Shown: positions 39,891 to 53,568, numbered from the stretch's first letter. The stretch: DNA of 64,000 bases from an uncultured Phycisphaerales bacterium (GCA_938084645.1 CALKEP010000056.1:1-64000); one strand, 5' to 3'. Translations and numbers: made by a program. Notes: generated from the sequence alone by a model not told the origin.

Positions 39891-41558
39891 ATGAACGACA
39901 TCGACGGAACGCCGGTACCGGACGACACCGACCGGCGAACGGCCCCCGAGGCACTTGGCACGGACGTGATTCCCCTCGACCGCGAATGCATCACGACGCG
40001 GCTTCGACGCGACCGCCGCCGCGCGGCCTGGCCGCTGATCGGGCTGGGCTGCTTCCTGCTGATTCAGATCGGGCTCCTCGCCCCGAACATCCTGACGATC
40101 GGTCGGCGGTTCACGATGGACGAGGCGCTCAAGTCGGACCTCCGGACCGCCACCCTCGTGACCTCGCTGGTCTGGATCGGCATCATCACCGTCATGATCG
40201 TCGCGGCGATCCGGCGTCGACGCCGACTCGCACGCGTCATCGAGGCCGTCGAAGACGAGCGCAGATCCCCGGACGCGATCTGCCCGAACTGCGGCGGGAC
40301 GCCGTTCCAACGGGACGCATGTTGCCTGCTGTTTCCGCAGGCCTGGAGCGAGACAGATCTCCACCGATTCTGGCACGATCGCGTCGCACTGGGAGACCAG
40401 GCGGCGACGTTCCAGAGGGGCACGCCGCCGACGATGTTGCGGCCGTCGGCTCCGGCGCAGATCGCCGCGTTGATCCTCGGCCGACGAGCCGCACGACCGC
40501 TCGAGCGAAGGATCACCTACGTCATCCTCGCGACCGCGTGCATCTTCGTTCTCTTCCTGGCAAGCGACCGGCCCTTCGAGTTCATGATGATCGCATCGGT
40601 CCTGCTGTTTCTTCTGGCAGGCGAAGCGATCTCCTCTCTCGGAAAGGCGTCACGCGCTCGCGGCGATCTGTTTCCACGCTGCCTCGAATGCGATCAACGG
40701 ATCGATCCGAGCGTGAGTCGATGCCCCGAATGCGGGACCACCGCCCACACCGGCACCATCCACTACACCGGTGCGCGGAGAAACCGGCGGCTTGCCACTC
40801 GATTCGTGATCATGTTCGTGCTCATGGCGGCCGGATTCGGCCTTCTCTTCTTCGCCGGCGACGTCGTCCGCTTCATCACCGGACGACTTTCGAACGACGC
40901 CCTGGTGACCCTCGCACCCTACGACGAGGACGTCTTTCATCCGATCTGGACGGAAGTGATCGCCCGGCCGCTCGACGACCCCCAGTCGGATCGGCTCTTC
41001 GACCTGCTGGTCTCGCAGCTGGAGTCCGACGACAAGATCCGCAGCTGGCATCCCGGACTGCTCGCGGTGGCCCGTGGCGCCTGGCCGAACGGACTGGATG
41101 CCGGGCAGATCGACCGGATCCACGCCGCATCGTGGCAGGCCGAGGTGGACGCCCCGACGACCGTCACCGCAGGCGAATCGTTCGACGTGACCCTCGTCGG
41201 CGAGCGGCGAGGCGAGATCCTGCCTTTCGGCCAGTACCTGCACGTCCTCTTCGACGGCATCTCGATCGACGATGGTCCGTTCGTGGATCCCGATGACTCG
41301 ATGATCTGGACCCTCGTCGCGGAAGAAACCGACGACCCCGACACGACGGTCTCGAGGAGACGTCGCTTCCAACGCCGCGTCGCGATCACCGAGCCGGGAC
41401 CGCATCGGATTAGACTCGCCTACCGGCTGGTGACCGGGCCGGGCAGCCTCGTCGATGCGGACGTGGATCGCGACGAGTCGGGCGAGTCCCTGCCACCGGC
41501 GACGGCGGCGTGGTCGAGACGATTCGAGATCGAACATCGGATCGACGTGAAAAACTGA
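39891..41558 (+). CDS. Hypothetical membrane protein, paralog of the upstream gene with an extra C-terminal soluble domain
   Basis: 2 TM, CPNCG..PF....CC, 2 TM, CLEC...CPECG, TM, beta-rich tail; alternative in-frame start at 39840. Confidence 0.7.
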   Translation: MNDIDGTPVPDDTDRRTAPEALGTDVIPLDRECITTRLRRDRRRAAWPLIGLGCFLLIQIGLLAPNILTIGRRFTMDEALKSDLRTATLVTSLVWIGIITVMIVAAIRRRRRLARVIEAVEDERRSPDAICPNCGGTPFQRDACCLLFPQAWSETDLHRFWHDRVALGDQAATFQRGTPPTMLRPSAPAQIAALILGRRAARPLERRITYVILATACIFVLFLASDRPFEFMMIASVLLFLLAGEAISSLGKASRARGDLFPRCLECDQRIDPSVSRCPECGTTAHTGTIHYTGARRNRRLATRFVIMFVLMAAGFGLLFFAGDVVRFITGRLSNDALVTLAPYDEDVFHPIWTEVIARPLDDPQSDRLFDLLVSQLESDDKIRSWHPGLLAVARGAWPNGLDAGQIDRIHAASWQAEVDAPTTVTAGESFDVTLVGERRGEILPFGQYLHVLFDGISIDDGPFVDPDDSMIWTLVAEETDDPDTTVSRRRRFQRRVAITEPGPHRIRLAYRLVTGPGSLVDADVDRDESGESLPPATAAWSRRFEIEHRIDVKN

Positions 41559-41561
41559 GCT

Positions 41562-42572
41562 TCAGGCCTCACGATCCATCCACGCCCGCCACCACTCGAT
41601 GAAGGTCGGAACCCCGACCTCCACCGGGGTGCGCGGCGCCCACCCGAACTCGCGTCGCATCGGTTCGACGTCGGCGGCACTCGCCTCGACGTCACCCGGC
41701 TGCTTCGGCAGGAGGACCGTCTCCGCCTTCCGGTCCATGGCTTCCTCGATGAGCCCGACGAACCGGAGCAGGTCGACGTTGGTGTCGTTGCCCAGGTTGT
41801 AGACCCGGAACGGCGCATCACTGCGATCGGGCGCCGGATGACCCGGATCGAAATCGGGGTCGGGCGTCGCGGGACGATCCAGGACCCGGAGCACGCCATC
41901 GACCACGTCGTCCACCCACGTGAAGTCCCGGCGATGCCGGCCGTGGTTGTAGAGCTCGATCGGACGACCCTCGCGAATCGACTCCGCGAACTTCCAGAGC
42001 GCCATGTCGGGGCGGCCCCAGGTGCCGTACACGCTGAAGAACCGGAGCCCGGTCGTGGGGATCCCGTAGAGCCGCGCGTAGCCGTGGGCCATCAGTTCGG
42101 CGCTGCGCTTGGTGGCCGCGTAGAGCGAAAGCGGGTGATCGACCGGATGCCCGGTGGCGAACGGCATCATCTCGTTGAGTCCGTACACCGAACTGCTGCT
42201 GGCGAAGACCAGATGGGAGGTCTCGATCGCCCGGGCGAGTTCGAGCACCACCAGCGTCGCCGCGAGATTCGAATCGAGGTAGTCGAAGGGCTCGTCGATG
42301 GAATGGCGGACCCCCGCCTGGGCCGCGAGGTGGACGATGCGATCGATCCCGGCGTTCCGAAGCGTCTTGAGGACGGATCGATCCGAGAGATCCATCCGAC
42401 GGAACTCGAACCCCGGCATCGCCTCGAGCCTGGCCAGACGAGCCGCCTTCAGGGCCGGGTCGTAGTAGGCGTTCATCGAATCGACGCCGAGGACCTCGTC
42501 GCCGCGCTCCAGCATCGCCATCGCGGCATGATGCCCGATGAAACCCGCGACGCCGGTGACGAGGATCTTCAC
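41562..42572 (-). CDS. NAD-dependent epimerase (UDP-glucuronate 4-epimerase-like)
   Basis: ILVTGVAGFIG, HLAAQAGVR, YAATK, WGRPDMA, QPGDV; GTG start inferred. Confidence 0.92.
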   Translation of the reverse strand: MKILVTGVAGFIGHHAAMAMLERGDEVLGVDSMNAYYDPALKAARLARLEAMPGFEFRRMDLSDRSVLKTLRNAGIDRIVHLAAQAGVRHSIDEPFDYLDSNLAATLVVLELARAIETSHLVFASSSSVYGLNEMMPFATGHPVDHPLSLYAATKRSAELMAHGYARLYGIPTTGLRFFSVYGTWGRPDMALWKFAESIREGRPIELYNHGRHRRDFTWVDDVVDGVLRVLDRPATPDPDFDPGHPAPDRSDAPFRVYNLGNDTNVDLLRFVGLIEEAMDRKAETVLLPKQPGDVEASAADVEPMRREFGWAPRTPVEVGVPTFIEWWRAWMDREA

Positions 42573-42799
42573 GCGTTCGTTTCCGCTGATGAGACCGATG
42601 GGACCGAAGCTTCGGGCGCACCGCCCCGCGGACGGTTTCCGCACCCATGGTACGAACATCCTGGAAGTCGATTCGAGACGCCATTTGCCGCTTTCGTCGG
42701 ATTTCCCGGAGACCGGGCGAAACGACCGGCCATTCAAAGTCGTATGGTGCCATCGCCGTTCGATCGGCCCGGAATTCAACCGCCTCTCGGAGCCTCGTC

Positions 42800-44347
42800 A
42801 TGTCTCGCCCACGCATCGCCATGTTCTCGATCACCACCACGCTGTTGCTCGGAGCGACCGCACTCGGGGCCCCCGCCGCCGAATCCAAGGCCGAGGAACC
42901 CGCCACCAGCGTCACGATCTACAGCTCCGCGGATCCCGCCGGATTCGACCCCCAGCGATTCATCGGCCAGCAGCGGAACGGCGGCGACTTCAACTTCGCA
43001 TCCCAGGTCCCCGGTTTCGGGGTGGTCCGCCAGACGAGGTCGTTCGAACTCCGCAAGGGCTTGAACGAGGTCTCCTTCACCGACGTCGCGGCGTTTCTCG
43101 ATCCCACCAGCGTCGGTTTTCGCGATCTGACCGATCCGACGACCGCGGTCCTGGAACAGGCTTTCAAGTTCGATCTGGTGAGTCCGTCGAAACTGCTCGA
43201 GAAGTACCTCGACGAGCAGATCGAGATCACCGTCACCGAAGGCGACGGGACGCGGACCATCGCGGGCGAGCTGCTTTCCTCGAGCCAGGGCCGGCTGGTC
43301 ATCAAGACCGATACCGGCCTCGAGATGGTCGACGCCTCCGATGCGCGGATCTCCCTCGGCTCGCTTCCCGACGGGTTTCTCACCAAGCCGACCCTGGTCT
43401 GGATGCTCGACGCCGCCCGGGGTGGCACCCACGAGATCCGGTCCACCTACCAGACCGCCGGGCTGACCTGGCGGGCCGACTACAACCTGGTGCTGAACGA
43501 GGACGACACCGCCGCGGACGTGACCGCATGGGTCAGCCTCCTGAACGTCTCGGGCATCGAGTATCCGGACGCGAAACTCAAGCTCGTCGCGGGCGACGTG
43601 CAGAAGATCCAGCCGATGCGGCGGCAGCGTGGATACAGCACGATGGAGATGGCGGCGGACGGCATCGCCGGCAAGAGCGCCGGCTTCGAGGAGAGTTCCC
43701 TCTTCGAGTACCACCTCTACACGCTCCCGCGAACGACCACCATCGCTCGCAACAGCACCCAGCAGCTGACCCTCTTTCCCGCGGTGTCCGACGTCGAGAT
43801 CGCCAAGGAACTCCTCTACGAACCGACGTCCGCGATGGGATGGAACCGCGAGCCCTACATGAACCCGGGATTCATTTCCGGTGGATCCGGCAAGATCGGC
43901 GTGTACGTCAGTTTCAAGAACGACACCGACAACGGACTGGGCGTCCCCCTGCCGAAGGGACGGATTCGCGCCTACAAGGAGGACGCCGCGGACGGATCGC
44001 TGGAGTTCGTGGGCGAGGATCTCATCGACCACACCCCTCGCAACGAAGAGGTTCGGATCAAGCTGGGCAACGCCTTCGACGTGGTCGGTGAACGTCGGGT
44101 CGTCGACTTCAAGATCGACAAGGCCCGCAAGACCATGTCCGAGACCATCGAACTCGAGGTCCGAAACCAGAAGGACGCGGTCCAGACCGTCGTGATCCGC
44201 GAACATCTCTACCGATGGCGCACGTGGGAGATGACGGAACGGAACCTCCCGTTCGAACGACTCGACGCCAACACCATCGAGTGGAAGGTCGACGTCGCCC
44301 CCGAAGGCGAGAAGACCATCCGCTACACCGTCCGCTACACCTGGTGA
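42800..44347 (+). CDS. Exported DUF4139-like protein
   Basis: Signal peptide, VTIYS, WRADY, FEYHLYTL, PLPKG, IDHTP, YTVRYTW end. Confidence 0.8.
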   Translation: MSRPRIAMFSITTTLLLGATALGAPAAESKAEEPATSVTIYSSADPAGFDPQRFIGQQRNGGDFNFASQVPGFGVVRQTRSFELRKGLNEVSFTDVAAFLDPTSVGFRDLTDPTTAVLEQAFKFDLVSPSKLLEKYLDEQIEITVTEGDGTRTIAGELLSSSQGRLVIKTDTGLEMVDASDARISLGSLPDGFLTKPTLVWMLDAARGGTHEIRSTYQTAGLTWRADYNLVLNEDDTAADVTAWVSLLNVSGIEYPDAKLKLVAGDVQKIQPMRRQRGYSTMEMAADGIAGKSAGFEESSLFEYHLYTLPRTTTIARNSTQQLTLFPAVSDVEIAKELLYEPTSAMGWNREPYMNPGFISGGSGKIGVYVSFKNDTDNGLGVPLPKGRIRAYKEDAADGSLEFVGEDLIDHTPRNEEVRIKLGNAFDVVGERRVVDFKIDKARKTMSETIELEVRNQKDAVQTVVIREHLYRWRTWEMTERNLPFERLDANTIEWKVDVAPEGEKTIRYTVRYTW

Positions 44348-44359
44348 TCGCCATCCGGT

Positions 44360-44423
44360 GAACGAGGCTCGATGATCGAGCCGGTACGCCCTCGCCCCGA
44401 CTCGGGCGGGGGCGTTCTCGTTC
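44360..44423. terminator. Double hairpin between convergent genes; probable terminator
   Basis: GGCTCGAT-g-ATCGAGCC and ACGCCCTCGCCC-cgactc-GGGCGGGGGCGT, enclosed by GAACGAG..CTCGTTC. Confidence 0.55.
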
Positions 44424-45237
44424 AGTCGTCGGCGGTCGACATGGCGCGGTACATCGCCAGCAACGAAGCGGGCTCGAGTTGTTCCGGCCGGAGTGCGGCA
44501 TCGAATCCGTCGGGAACGTTCGCTCGCCCGAGGATCGTTCCGATCTGCTTCCGCCGGGTTCGAAACAGATCGCCGACGAAATCGCCGAACGCCTCGGGAT
44601 CCTCGACCCCGTGGTCCGGGTCGGGCGTGATCGCGACGACCGCACTGGTGACCTTCGGCTGTGGCCAGAAGCAACCGGGAGGCACCACGGTCACGCGTCG
44701 GATCGAGCCAAGCGTGGCCGTGAGCACCGAGATCGGACCGTATTCGCGTCCGCCCGAAGGCGCGGCGAGGCGATCCGCGACCTCCTTCTGGATCAAGGCG
44801 ACCTGCCCAAGGCAGTTCGGTCGCCGCGTGAGCAGGTCCATCATCAGCGGGGTCGCCGCCTGATACGGCAGGTTGGCGACGAGACGGAAGGGCCTGTCGC
44901 CGAGAATCTCCTGAATCTCCGCGGCGAGGTGCCGACGACGATCGAGGCAGTCGCCCACCACGAGTCTCACCCGGTCGCCGAGGCGCTCCTCGACGATCGC
45001 CGCCATCTCCGGATCGAGTTCGGCGGCGACGACGTCCGCGCCCGCCTCGACGAGCGCTTCGGTCAGCGTGCCGGTGCCCGGCCCGACTTCGAGCACGAGG
45101 TCACCGGACTCGACGCCCGCCGCCGCGACGATCTTCCGAAGCTGGTTGTGATCATGCAGGAAGTTCTGGCCGAGCCGATACCGCGGTTGAAGACCGCGAC
45201 GCTCGAGCAGATGCTTGATCTCTTTGAGGGTCTGCAT
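44422..45237 (-). CDS. rsmA: 16S rRNA m6,2A dimethyltransferase (KsgA)
   Basis: LGQNFL, VLEVGPGTGTLT, VANLPY, QKEVADRL, FWPQPKVTS. Confidence 0.95.
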   Translation of the reverse strand: MQTLKEIKHLLERRGLQPRYRLGQNFLHDHNQLRKIVAAAGVESGDLVLEVGPGTGTLTEALVEAGADVVAAELDPEMAAIVEERLGDRVRLVVGDCLDRRRHLAAEIQEILGDRPFRLVANLPYQAATPLMMDLLTRRPNCLGQVALIQKEVADRLAAPSGGREYGPISVLTATLGSIRRVTVVPPGCFWPQPKVTSAVVAITPDPDHGVEDPEAFGDFVGDLFRTRRKQIGTILGRANVPDGFDAALRPEQLEPASLLAMYRAMSTADD

Positions 45238-45280
45238 GAAGGTTCCGCACGAGTCGCCGTGCGAGCGGATCTGCGTGGTA

Positions 45281-45733
45281 TCAGACCTGGCGGTCGAATC
45301 GCATCTCGATTCGATTCCCGGGCGGGATGACCAGGACTTCGGTCATGTAGGCCCGCATCAGCATCAACCCCCGCCCCGAGGGAATCTCGAGATTCGCATC
45401 CTCGGTCGGATCGGGGACCGCGGTTGGATCGAAGCCCGTGCCCTGATCCTCCACCGCCAACGTCATGCCGGTCCCGTCGATCCCGTAGGCGACGGTCACC
45501 GACTTCGCCGGATCGCCCTCGTTTCCATGCCGGAAGCCGTTCGCGATCGCCTCCTCCATGGCGAGCCGGATCGCGAAGATCTCACCCTCGTCGAAGCCGG
45601 CCGCCTTCAGTCCTTCGAAGATCGTCGCTTCAAATCCCTTCAGCGCCGGAGTATCGCCATGGCGAAGGACGACCTCGCCGGATCGGCCCGCATCGGCTCC
45701 GTCCCCCGACGGATTGATTCCTGATTGCGACAT
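45281..45733 (-). CDS. Anti-sigma factor Ser/Thr kinase (RsbW/SpoIIAB-like)
   Basis: EEAIANGFRHGN, VEDQGTGFD, SGRGLMLM (GHKL boxes). Confidence 0.9.
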   Translation of the reverse strand: MSQSGINPSGDGADAGRSGEVVLRHGDTPALKGFEATIFEGLKAAGFDEGEIFAIRLAMEEAIANGFRHGNEGDPAKSVTVAYGIDGTGMTLAVEDQGTGFDPTAVPDPTEDANLEIPSGRGLMLMRAYMTEVLVIPPGNRIEMRFDRQV

Positions 45734-45799
45734 GGCTTCCCCGAATGGGAGGAACTGGACGCTGGCCTGCGCGTTGCAGACCCGGCGAGGGGCTGGGGC

Positions 45800-46159
45800 T
45801 CAGGAGAACGTGGCGAGCGCCTCCGCGCTCGTGCCGTGAATCTCGAAGAGTCGGTCCAGCCGGGTGATCTTGAAGATCTCGAGGATCTTCGGATCGATGT
45901 CGGCGAGGCGAAGCTCCCCCTTCTTCGAGCCGACCCGATTGTTGACCGTGATCAACGCCCCGAGCGCCGCGGACGAGAGATGCGCGACGTCCGCGAAGGA
46001 GATGAGAATTCGCGGAGCGTCCAGACCGTCGATGAGTTCGCCCAGCGCGTCCCCGATCTGCTGGATGTTCGCTTCATCGAGGATGTTCTGCTCGATGAAG
46101 CCGACCCGGGTGATTCCGTTCATTTCGTTGACGCGAAGGCCGGCGGATTCTGGATTCAT
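45800..46159 (-). CDS. STAS anti-sigma factor antagonist (RsbV/SpoIIAA-like)
   Basis: HLSSAALGALI, EIFKITRLDRLF; SD AGGAG. Confidence 0.9.
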   Translation of the reverse strand: MNPESAGLRVNEMNGITRVGFIEQNILDEANIQQIGDALGELIDGLDAPRILISFADVAHLSSAALGALITVNNRVGSKKGELRLADIDPKILEIFKITRLDRLFEIHGTSAEALATFS

Positions 46160-46309
46160 GGAAGGCTCCTGCTTTCGTCTGGCAAGCGTATGGGGAGGGA
46201 TCGTGGGATTCAACCGGACACGCGCCTGGAGGACGGGTCGCCCCGGAAAGAAGACCCGCCGTGACGCAAGGCGTCACGGCGGGCATGGTTCGTCGGTCGA
46301 ACGATCGGC

Positions 46310-49390
<3,081 letters not shown>

Positions 49391-49856
49391 GTCGATCACA
49401 CTCCTCTGAGTGGTGTTGTGCGTAGTCGGGGGCACATCACCCGACGGCTGGAGAACAGTCGTTCAAGCCGTTGAGTACCAATTCATGTCTGCCGCTGGCG
49501 GCATGCTCGTTCACCGTCGAGCAATGCGAGAGCGTACTTCGGGCCCCAGTCGTCCGCAACCTGTCGGCGATCCGAAGAGCACGGAATCGAAGGACTTGGA
49601 TGCAACCACGGTGGCGTGAAAAACGAGCGAGCGGTCCTGAATCCGAAGCGGCCGAGTCCACCGTGGTCACCCACGGGAGCCCTGTACGCGATAAAACCGG
49701 TTCGGATCCCCCGCTCGGAGCCCTTCGTTCCGGAATCACCGGTCGAAGTTGCCACCGGAGCCGCCATCTCGCCGCGGACGGGGCATCTCGAGCATGGGAA
49801 AGAGGATGTTGGGAGCCGAGACCCGACGCGGAGTCCGCTGAATCACGGACGCGGAC

Positions 49857-51116
49857 TCAAGGCGTGACCAGCTGGCCCACCGGGGCCGAACCGGGCCTGG
49901 TCACGCGGAAGTCATTTTCCTGCAAAGGCTTCCGTGATCTCATCATGCGGACGAAGGCATCGAAGAGGTAGGCCGAATCGTGTGGTCCGGGGCTTGCCTC
50001 GGGATGATATTGAACACTGAACAGCGGCCGCTCGAGGTGCCGGAATCCGGCCACGGTGCCGTCATTCAGATGTCGATGGGTGACATCACCACCTGCGGCC
50101 GCAAGTGACGCCTCATCCACACAGAAGCCGTGATTCTGGCTGGTGATCTCGACCTGGCCGGTCAACTCACATCGCACCGGCTGATTCGCACCGCGATGGC
50201 CGAACTTGAGCTTGTAGGTCGTCGCACCGAGCGCCAAGGCGAGCAACTGATGGCCAAGGCAGATTCCGAAGGTGGGAATCTGGCCGGCGACCACCCGCAG
50301 CGTCTCGATCGTCGATTCGACGGCCGCGGGATCCCCCGGGCCATTCGAGACGAAGAGCCCATCGACCTCCCCACCGGCGAACGCCTCTTGAAGGACCGCG
50401 GCCGGGGTGTCGTGGGCCATGATTCGAACGACGCAGCCCCGCTCCCGGAGATTTCGATAGATGTTGCGCTTCGCGCCGCAATCGAGGGCCACCACGACGA
50501 GCGGCCGATCGGCATCGGCACGCTCTGAAATCGCATGAGACCACTCACCGAGGCCTTCGGTGAACTCACCGGGCTCCGTGGCACCGGCCTCCGCGGCGAG
50601 ATTCGAGCCGCTCATGGAGCCGATCGCCCTCGCCCGCGCGACCAACTCGGCGTCGGAAACCGATTCGTCGGGCTCGATCACGCCTCGCATCGCGCCCTCG
50701 TCCCGCAACATCCGGACGATCGCCCGAGTGTCGAGGTCCGCGAGGCCGGGGATGCCGGCCGATTCGAGCCAGCGATGGAGATGCGCGTCCGCCCGATGAT
50801 TCGACCGGACCCGGGAGTGGTCCCGGATGACGAATCCCGCGACCGCGATGGCATCGCTTTCGAAGTCCTCGGGATTCACCCCGTAGTTCCCGATCTCCGA
50901 CGCCGTCATCACCAGAATCTGGCCCGTGTAGCTCGGATCGGTCAGGGCTTCCTGGTAGCCGCCCATGGCGGTGTTGAAGACGACTTCACCGGTCGATGCC
51001 GTGGCGGCACCGAACCCACGCCCTTCGAAGACCGCCCCGTTTTCCAGCGCGATTCGAACCCGCCGGCCCGGGCTGAGGCCGTCGTCGAGCACGTCATATC
51101 CACCGTGAATGACCAT
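49857..51116 (-). CDS. carA: Carbamoyl-phosphate synthase small subunit
   Basis: GEVVFNT, TDPSY, SNGPGDP, FGICLGHQ, QYHPEASPGPHD; start 51116 or 51092. Confidence 0.96.
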   Translation of the reverse strand: MVIHGGYDVLDDGLSPGRRVRIALENGAVFEGRGFGAATASTGEVVFNTAMGGYQEALTDPSYTGQILVMTASEIGNYGVNPEDFESDAIAVAGFVIRDHSRVRSNHRADAHLHRWLESAGIPGLADLDTRAIVRMLRDEGAMRGVIEPDESVSDAELVARARAIGSMSGSNLAAEAGATEPGEFTEGLGEWSHAISERADADRPLVVVALDCGAKRNIYRNLRERGCVVRIMAHDTPAAVLQEAFAGGEVDGLFVSNGPGDPAAVESTIETLRVVAGQIPTFGICLGHQLLALALGATTYKLKFGHRGANQPVRCELTGQVEITSQNHGFCVDEASLAAAGGDVTHRHLNDGTVAGFRHLERPLFSVQYHPEASPGPHDSAYLFDAFVRMMRSRKPLQENDFRVTRPGSAPVGQLVTP

Positions 51117-51231
51117 CGGATGGAAGTGTAGCGACCGTCCCGGGAATTCGGCCAGTGAAACGCCATCGGAACGGAAGTCCACAAAGCACTCCGGACCCGG
51201 AAGCCGACCGATCGAGCCGTACACTCGCGAT

Positions 51232-53568
51232 GTGAGCGAACTCTTCGATCCACCACTGGTTCCTGACCGTTTCCTCCGCGTCGCGGTGGAGCGCGCGGTG
51301 GACCGGTATCCGGGCGGACTTCTCTACAGCGTTCCAGCCACTTGCGAGGAAGTCGACATCGGACATCGCGTCCTCGTTCCGCTGGGGCGGGGAAACGCCG
51401 AAGTCCCGGGAACGGTGGTCGACCGCCTCGGTTCGGAGGCTCTCGCCGAGGATGGCGTCACCGCCGACCGCATCAAGCCGATCATCCGCCGGAGCGACGA
51501 TCTCCCCGCACTGCCGGGCGAGTTGCTCGAACTGGCCCGATGGATCGCTTCCTACTACGTCTGCCCGATCGGCATCACCCTCGCCAATCTGGTCCCTGCC
51601 GCCGTCCGCAAGGGTGTGGGAACCGCCACCCGACTGCTGATCAGTCCCCACCCGACGCCGCCGGACCCACGACCGCGGCTGGGCTCGAAACAGAGGGCCG
51701 TGCTCGACGCGGTTCTGGCGACCCCCACCGAGGATCTTCCGATCGCTTCCACCGACCTTGCGGAGCGAACCGGGGTCGGCGGAACCGCGACGGTCCGGCG
51801 ACTGGCGGAACTCGGGCTGCTGTCGATCGAGACCGTCACCACCGTCGAAGCCCGCGCCCGAGCGGGGAGCGGCCTCGAGGATCGTGAAGTCGAACTCAAT
51901 GCGGGCCAACAGGCCGCGGTCGAGGCGATCGGCAGCCATCTCGAGGGAGGCTTTTCGAGTCACCTGCTCTTCGGCGTGACCGGCAGTGGCAAGACCGAGG
52001 TCTATCTCCGCCTCGCCCGTCGGGTCATCGAAGCAGGCCGAAGGGTCCTGTTTCTGGTCCCTGAGATCGCCCTCACCCCGCAGACCACCGCCCGCGTGCT
52101 CGCACGCTTTCCCGGCGCCGCGGCCGCCGTGCTGCACTCCGGCCTCACCGCCGCCCAGCGACATCGCGAGTGGCGACGGGTCGCCGACGGCGACGCCACC
52201 ATCATCCTCGGGGCCCGATCCGCCGTGTTCGCACCCGTTCCCGACGGCACACTCGGGCTCGTGGTGGTGGACGAGGAACACGACGCCTCCTACAAGCAGG
52301 ACCAGGCCCCCAGGTATCACGGACGTGATGCCGCGATCCGACGAGCCCAGCTTGCGGGCTGTCCCGTGGTGCTCGGTTCGGCGACCCCGGCTCTGGAGAG
52401 CTGGCACAACGCGACGCGGACCGGCCGCAGCCACCTGCATCGACTTCCCGAGCGAGCGCCCGGACTTTCGCTCCCGAAGATCGAGATCGTCGATTTCGCC
52501 GAGGAGCGGCGGCAACTGGAGCGGGGCGGGGCCCGACTGATCGGCCCTCGTCTGGGTGGCGAGATCGCCCGAACCCTCTCCGCCGGCGGCCAGGTGATCC
52601 TGCTGCTCAATCGCCGTGGATACGCCAACTACATCGCCTGCCCCGACCATCGATGCGGCTGGGTCATGACCTGCACCGACTGTGACGCCGGAATGATCTG
52701 CCACCAGGCCAACGGCGCCATCGCCCGCGAGCGATGGGTCCGGTGCCACCATTGCGACGCCCAACTCCGCCTGCCGCCCACCTGCCCGCTCTGCAGCAAA
52801 CGGACCACGGTCTTCGGCCTCGGCACGCAGCGGGTCGAGGAGGATCTCGCCCGGCTTCATCCCGACCTCGCGCGAGCCGGCGCGATGGTCCGGGTCGACT
52901 CCGACGCCATGGGCGGCGCCGATGACTTCCACGAGGTTCTCGATCGCTTCCGAACCGGCGAGATCCGGCTGCTCGCGGGGACCCAGATGATCGCCAAGGG
53001 GCTCGATTTCCCCGGTGTCAGGCTGGTCGGCGTGGTGAACGCGGACACGGCGCTCAACATGCCGGATTTCCGAGCCGGCGAACGGACCTTCCAACTGGTC
53101 TCGCAGGTCGTCGGCCGCTGTGGACGCGGATCGACGGCGGGAACGGCGATCATTCAGACCCTTCAACCCGACGCGCCCGCGATCCGGCGAGCCGCCGAGC
53201 ACGATTTCGAGGGGTTCGCCGAGCGGGAGCTCGCCGACCGGGATCGATTCGGGCTTCCGCCGGCCCGTCGAATGTGCCGGATCGTGGTCCGAGACGGCGG
53301 CGAGTCGGCGGCCATGCGGCTGGGTACCGAGCTCGCGGACCGACTTCGAGCGCATGATCCGGGACCGGACGTCGAGATTCGGGGTCCGATCCCCTGTTCG
53401 ATCGCCAGGATCGCCGGGCGGTATCGCGTTCAGGTGGAGACCCTTGCGAAGGACGCCGGCACCGCCTCCCGGTTCCTCGCTCGGGCCCGGCTCGGCGGCG
53501 TCTTCACCGGTCCGCTCGCACTCGGCGAAGCGGTCGCGATCGACGTCGATCCGACCAGCCTCATGTGA
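51232..53568 (+). CDS. priA: Primosomal protein N'
   Basis: GVTGSGKTEVY, VPEIALTPQ, DEEH, GSATP, Cys-rich zinc region, KGLDFP. Confidence 0.96.
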   Translation: MSELFDPPLVPDRFLRVAVERAVDRYPGGLLYSVPATCEEVDIGHRVLVPLGRGNAEVPGTVVDRLGSEALAEDGVTADRIKPIIRRSDDLPALPGELLELARWIASYYVCPIGITLANLVPAAVRKGVGTATRLLISPHPTPPDPRPRLGSKQRAVLDAVLATPTEDLPIASTDLAERTGVGGTATVRRLAELGLLSIETVTTVEARARAGSGLEDREVELNAGQQAAVEAIGSHLEGGFSSHLLFGVTGSGKTEVYLRLARRVIEAGRRVLFLVPEIALTPQTTARVLARFPGAAAAVLHSGLTAAQRHREWRRVADGDATIILGARSAVFAPVPDGTLGLVVVDEEHDASYKQDQAPRYHGRDAAIRRAQLAGCPVVLGSATPALESWHNATRTGRSHLHRLPERAPGLSLPKIEIVDFAEERRQLERGGARLIGPRLGGEIARTLSAGGQVILLLNRRGYANYIACPDHRCGWVMTCTDCDAGMICHQANGAIARERWVRCHHCDAQLRLPPTCPLCSKRTTVFGLGTQRVEEDLARLHPDLARAGAMVRVDSDAMGGADDFHEVLDRFRTGEIRLLAGTQMIAKGLDFPGVRLVGVVNADTALNMPDFRAGERTFQLVSQVVGRCGRGSTAGTAIIQTLQPDAPAIRRAAEHDFEGFAERELADRDRFGLPPARRMCRIVVRDGGESAAMRLGTELADRLRAHDPGPDVEIRGPIPCSIARIAGRYRVQVETLAKDAGTASRFLARARLGGVFTGPLALGEAVAIDVDPTSLM

